Assembly: GCA_049695115.1 (NCBI GenBank)
Contig: JBAVRP010000030.1
Location: 905 to 64,904, forward strand
DNA from: Burkholderiales bacterium
Lineage (GTDB): Bacteria; Pseudomonadota; Gammaproteobacteria; Burkholderiales; JBEEJL01
Direction of reading: 5' to 3'
Length of the DNA: 64,000 nucleotides
Shown here: positions 60,621-64,000 of the stretch, in pieces
How the letters are laid out: every line of letters begins with the position of its first letter
Numbering within the stretch: the stretch's first letter is position 1
Position numbers and translations under genes: made by a program
Notes under the pieces: generated by a model
Seen by the model: the letters and a program-made list of their open reading frames with translations, nothing else
Databases searched by the model: none
Told to the model about the DNA's origin: nothing

Positions 60621-61912
60621 ACCTTTTGCGACGCTTTAAGCGCACGCGATAAATCTTCAATCAAATCATCTGCATCTTCCAAACCTATCGACAAGCGCAC
60701 AGTACCTTCGGTGATGCCAGCAGCTTTCAACGCATCCGCATCCATACGGAAATGAGTGGTGCTGGCTGGGTGAATCACCAATGATTTCGCGTCGCCGACA
60801 TTGGCCAGATGCGAAAATATTTTTAACGATTCGATAAATCGCTTTCCCGCCGCACGATCGCCTTTGATATTAAAACTGAACACTGCACCACATCCGCGCG
60901 GCAATAATTTTTTCGCCAACTCGTAATCAGGATGATTTTCTAATTCAGGATAGCCGACTGATTCCACCGCTGCATGGCCATTAAGAAACGCGACAACTTT
61001 GCGCGTATTCGCCACATGTCTTTCCATGCGCAAGGACAAAGTTTCCACGCCTTGCAAAATATGAAACGCCGTCATCGGCGCCATGCACGCGCCGAAGTCA
61101 CGCAAACCTTCACGCCGTGCACGTAATAAAAACGCCGCGACAGAAGATTCTTCGCTGAAATTCATCCCGTGGAATCCTTCGTAACTATCTGTTAACGTTG
61201 AATATTTCTCACTCTTTGTCCAATCGAATTTGCCGCTATCCACCAGCACACCGCCGATTACGATGCCGTGACCACTCAAAAATTTTGTCGCCGAATGAAA
61301 CAGCAAATCCGCCCCGAGATCAAAAGGCCGCATTAAATACGGCGTAGTAAAAGTCGAATCAATCAACAGTGCAATACCGGCGTTATGCGCCACTTCAGCC
61401 ACGCGCGGAATGTCGAGCACATCAAGACCTGGGTTGCCCAGCGTCTCACCAAAAATTAATTTGGTGTTCGGGCGAATTGCATTAGCAAACGCCTTCACAT
61501 CACGCGCATCGACAAACGTCGTCTCGATACCGAAACGCGGCAAAGTGTAATGCAATAAATTATGCGAACCGCCATAGAGCGAACGCGACGCGACAATATG
61601 CGAACCCGCGCCCATCAGTGTGACAATCGCAAGGTGCAACGCCGCCTGCCCACTCGCCGTCGCGATCGCCCCCACGCCGCCTTCCAGCGCCGCGATACGT
61701 TCTTCCAAAACAGAAACCGTCGGATTGGAAATACGCGAATACACATGCCCCGGCCGCTCCATGTTGAACAACGACGCGGCATGGTCCGAACTCTCAAACA
61801 CAAACGAGGCCGTCTGATAAATCGGCGTCGCGCGCGCGCCGGTTGCCGGGTCAGGCTGCGCGCCGGCATGCAGGCTCAGCGTGTCGAAATGGGGTGTTTT
61901 GGGTGAGGCCAT
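60617..61912 (-). CDS. metY: O-acetylhomoserine aminocarboxypropyltransferase (sulfhydrylase)
   Basis: 431 aa. Cys/Met-metabolism PLP enzyme. HSATKFLSGHG (PLP Lys) and N-terminal FDTLSLHAG. Confidence 0.93.
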   Translation of the reverse strand: MASPKTPHFDTLSLHAGAQPDPATGARATPIYQTASFVFESSDHAASLFNMERPGHVYSRISNPTVSVLEERIAALEGGVGAIATASGQAALHLAIVTLMGAGSHIVASRSLYGGSHNLLHYTLPRFGIETTFVDARDVKAFANAIRPNTKLIFGETLGNPGLDVLDIPRVAEVAHNAGIALLIDSTFTTPYLMRPFDLGADLLFHSATKFLSGHGIVIGGVLVDSGKFDWTKSEKYSTLTDSYEGFHGMNFSEESSVAAFLLRARREGLRDFGACMAPMTAFHILQGVETLSLRMERHVANTRKVVAFLNGHAAVESVGYPELENHPDYELAKKLLPRGCGAVFSFNIKGDRAAGKRFIESLKIFSHLANVGDAKSLVIHPASTTHFRMDADALKAAGITEGTVRLSIGLEDADDLIEDLSRALKASQKV

Positions 61913-62017
61913 GAAATCTCCAAAATTATCTATGCGCTTGCTTGCAAAGCTTTTTTTATGCTGGCAGAGTGCTTGGAAGTATTCGAACAGACTCGGTAGA
62001 TTAGCAGATTACAAAGT

Positions 62018-62139
62018 AAAAGACCCAAGGCTTGCGCCTTGGGTCTAGATTCAGATAAATCTGAATCGGATTCGGTAGCATCCCCGAAGGGATGACCTTA
62101 TTGCAGCAACGGCTCTCACCCCGGTAAGCTACAACAATT
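62018..62139 (-). ncRNA. tracrRNA: type II-C tracrRNA (anti-repeat, nexus, two hairpins, terminator)
   Basis: The minus strand reads AUUGUUGUAGCUUACCGGGGUGAGAGCCGUUGCUGCAAU-AAGG-U-CAUCCCuucgGGGAUG-...-GAUUCAGAuuuaUCUGAAUC-u-AGACCCAAGGCgcaaGCCUUGGGUCU-UUU. CCGUUGCUGCAAUAAGG matches the CCGUUGCUACAAUAAGG block of N. meningitidis tracrRNA at 16 of 17 positions, from memory. The 5' end is approximate. Confidence 0.85.
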
Positions 62140-62141
62140 CC

Positions 62142-62171
62142 AGTTTACAACAAAAACCCGAAAGCAAACAA
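62142..62171 (-). promoter_or_regulatory. Candidate sigma70 promoter for the tracrRNA (TTGTTT-N18-TAAACT)
   Basis: -35 at 62171-62166 and -10 at 62147-62142 on the minus strand. This places a TSS a few nt before the anti-repeat. By eye only. Confidence 0.35.
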
Positions 62172-62172
62172 G

Positions 62173-64000
62173 ATGAAGAAAATTTCAATGTCCTACACCC
62201 TTGGTTTAGACATCGGCATGGCGTCCGTTGGCGCGGCTTTACTGAACGATAAGCGTATCGTCGCCCTGCACGTGCGAGCTTTTGATAAAGCCGAAACGGC
62301 TAAAGAAGGCGACCCGCTAAACAAAACCCGCCGCGAAGCCCGTTTGACGCGCCGCCGCATACGGCGTCGCGCCTTCCGTTTGTTGCGCTTGTGCCGCTTG
62401 TTGAAACGTCGGGGTTTAATTTCCGAGGCGCAACCGGAAGCGTTTGCGCAAACAGAAACCACTCCCTGGCAACTGCGCGCTGACGGATTGGACAAATTAC
62501 TCTCGCCGACGCAATGGGCAGCAGTGCTTTACCATATCGTTAAACATCGCGGCTTTCAATCCACGCGTAAAAGCGAGGCGAAAGAAGATGAAAAGGCCGG
62601 GCAAATGCTGAGCGGTGTCGGCAGCAACAAAAAACTACGCGACGAAAAAGGCTATCGCACTGTGGGCGAAATGGCGGCGAAGGATTCTGCATTTGCAGAA
62701 GCAAAGCGCAACAAGGGCGGAGACTACAGCCACACATTCGGGCGCAAAGAACTTGAACAAGAATTGCATTTGTTGTTCGAACAACAGCGTAATTTGGGTA
62801 ACGCTCACGCCCATGTTGAACTAGAAAATGCAGTCAATGATTTACTGCTTGCGCGCAGACCTGCATTAGCGGGAGATGCCCTGCTGAAAATGATTGGGAA
62901 ATGCACCTTTGAACCAGATGAGTTCCGCGCTCCCAAAGCCAGCTATAGCGCTGAACGATTTGTATGGCTGACAAAACTCAATAACTTGCGCATTTCTGGT
63001 TTAGGAGAAGTGCGCGAATTGAATGAAGGCGAGCGGCAAATATTAATTGAGCAACCTTATATCCTTGCTAAGCTGACTTACAAACAAGTTCGCGACAAAC
63101 TCAACTTGGCCGAACACGACAAATTCAATAGCGTTAATTACCGTGTCGATAAAGAAAAAGACCCAGAAATTGCCACGTTATTTGAAGCCAAAGCATATCA
63201 TGCACTGCGCAAAGAATATAAAGATGCGGGGCTTGAGTCAGAATGGAAACGCGATGCTGTGAATGCGGAGCGTCTTGATACCCTTGCCTATGCATTAACT
63301 TGCTACAAAGAAGACGATGACAGCCGCAAATATTTGACCGAGCAAAAAATAGAAAGCGAAATCATTGAAGCGGTGCTGGAAAGATCATTTTCTGAATTTG
63401 TTTCGTTGTCATTAAAAGCCTTAAGAAAAATCCTGCCATTCATGGAACAAGGACAGCGTTACGACCAAGCCGTTATCAGCGCAGGTTATCAACATCATAC
63501 CGAAATTAACAATAATAATAATAAAAACAAATACTTACCCGCGCCAGATAAAAATCAAATTCGCAACCCCGTGGTGTATCGCGCGCTGAACCAAGCACGC
63601 AAAATGATCAACGCCATAGTGCGCGAATACGGACCGCCCTCTGCGATTCATATTGAATTGGCGCGGGATTTATCCAAACCGATGGATGAACGACGCAAAA
63701 TCGAAAAAGAACAAAAAGCTTTTCAAGACGATAAAATCAGAGCGCGTGATAATTTTATTGAGCAATTTGATTTTGAACCGAAGGCTTTGGATTTACATAA
63801 ATACCGCCTCTATCGCGAGCAGGCCAGCCAATGTGCTTATAGCCAAAAAGCGATTGATCCCAATCGACTGTTCGAACCCGGCTACGCAGAAATAGATCAC
63901 GCCCTGCCCTATTCGCGCAGCTATGACGACGGGCAGAATAACAAAGTGCTGGTGCTCACCGCCGAAAATCGTAACAAGGGCAATCGCACGCCTTACGAAT
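62173..64000 (+). CDS. cas9: CRISPR-associated endonuclease Cas9, type II-C (5' partial: runs off the window end)
   Basis: Hand translation of frame 1 from ATG 62173 (alternative ATG 62188) is open for 609 codons to base 64000. RuvC-I YTLGLDIGMASVGAALL. Bridge helix TRREARLTRRRIRRRAFRLLRLCRLLKRRG. RuvC-II IRNPVVYRALNQARKMINAIVREYGPPSAIHIELARDL. HNH YAEIDHALPYSRSYDDGQNNKVLVLTAENRNKGNRTPYE. Absent from the supplied ORF track because it has no stop codon in the window. Confidence 0.95.
   Translation, partial: MKKISMSYTLGLDIGMASVGAALLNDKRIVALHVRAFDKAETAKEGDPLNKTRREARLTRRRIRRRAFRLLRLCRLLKRRGLISEAQPEAFAQTETTPWQLRADGLDKLLSPTQWAAVLYHIVKHRGFQSTRKSEAKEDEKAGQMLSGVGSNKKLRDEKGYRTVGEMAAKDSAFAEAKRNKGGDYSHTFGRKELEQELHLLFEQQRNLGNAHAHVELENAVNDLLLARRPALAGDALLKMIGKCTFEPDEFRAPKASYSAERFVWLTKLNNLRISGLGEVRELNEGERQILIEQPYILAKLTYKQVRDKLNLAEHDKFNSVNYRVDKEKDPEIATLFEAKAYHALRKEYKDAGLESEWKRDAVNAERLDTLAYALTCYKEDDDSRKYLTEQKIESEIIEAVLERSFSEFVSLSLKALRKILPFMEQGQRYDQAVISAGYQHHTEINNNNNKNKYLPAPDKNQIRNPVVYRALNQARKMINAIVREYGPPSAIHIELARDLSKPMDERRKIEKEQKAFQDDKIRARDNFIEQFDFEPKALDLHKYRLYREQASQCAYSQKAIDPNRLFEPGYAEIDHALPYSRSYDDGQNNKVLVLTAENRNKGNRTPYE

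Noticed and set aside
61913-62017. Possible SAM-type riboswitch in the ~105-nt metY leader, which contains AAAAAAAGCUUUGCAAGCAAGCGC with an AAAGCU block reminiscent of SAM-II/SAM-V.
   Set aside because: I cannot reconstruct the required pseudoknot or the conserved 5' strand by eye. A covariance-model scan (Rfam SAM-II RF00521, SAM-V RF01826, SAM/SAH) is needed. Not reported as a feature.
62193-63895. Track ORFs 62193-62495(-), 62540-62737(-), 62615-62824(+), 63653-63895(+).
   Set aside because: All lie inside the Cas9 reading frame, which has unambiguous domain signatures. They are shadow ORFs, listed only because the true ORF has no stop codon in the window.

Overview
The window reads as a proteobacterial chromosome, probably beta- or gamma-proteobacterial; that guess rests on gene content and REP/MITE types and was not computed. 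It holds about 60 protein genes. Housekeeping anchors are guaB-guaA, smpB-ratA-rnfH, a FimV-like gene, copA and metY. Between roughly 11.6-14.7 kb and 19.9-49.1 kb lies a very large acyl-CoA/beta-oxidation-type catabolic supercluster: acyl-CoA dehydrogenases, enoyl-CoA hydratases, SDRs, thiolase, CoA-transferases, an acyl-CoA ligase, an amidase, thioesterases and GSTs. Several REP/MITE families litter the intergenic regions.

The most important result is at the right edge. A long ORF with no stop codon in the window, and therefore absent from the supplied ORF track, starts at 62173 and runs to base 64000. It encodes the N-terminal ~609 aa of a type II-C Cas9 (RuvC-I, Arg-rich bridge helix, RuvC-II, HNH). 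Immediately upstream and divergent on the minus strand (~62139-62018) is a textbook tracrRNA: anti-repeat, a nexus block GUUGCUGCAAUAAGG, two hairpins and a terminator. No CRISPR array, cas1 or cas2 lies inside the window; they are expected beyond 64000.

Other notable items:
- A visibly AT-rich islet (14.7-19.9 kb) carries a 1214-aa M4 metalloprotease with a (TP)n linker and a C-terminal sorting signal, preceded by a free-standing propeptide-like lipoprotein.
- A 2.6-kb three-gene module abuts the guaA stop codon and is bracketed by inverted sets of iteron-like repeats.
- An HxlR-HU-like fusion regulator.
- A recurrent intergenic motif matching the IHF consensus.
- A (GGGTT)n G-quadruplex tract.
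- A PhaM-like protein with a Lys-rich tail.
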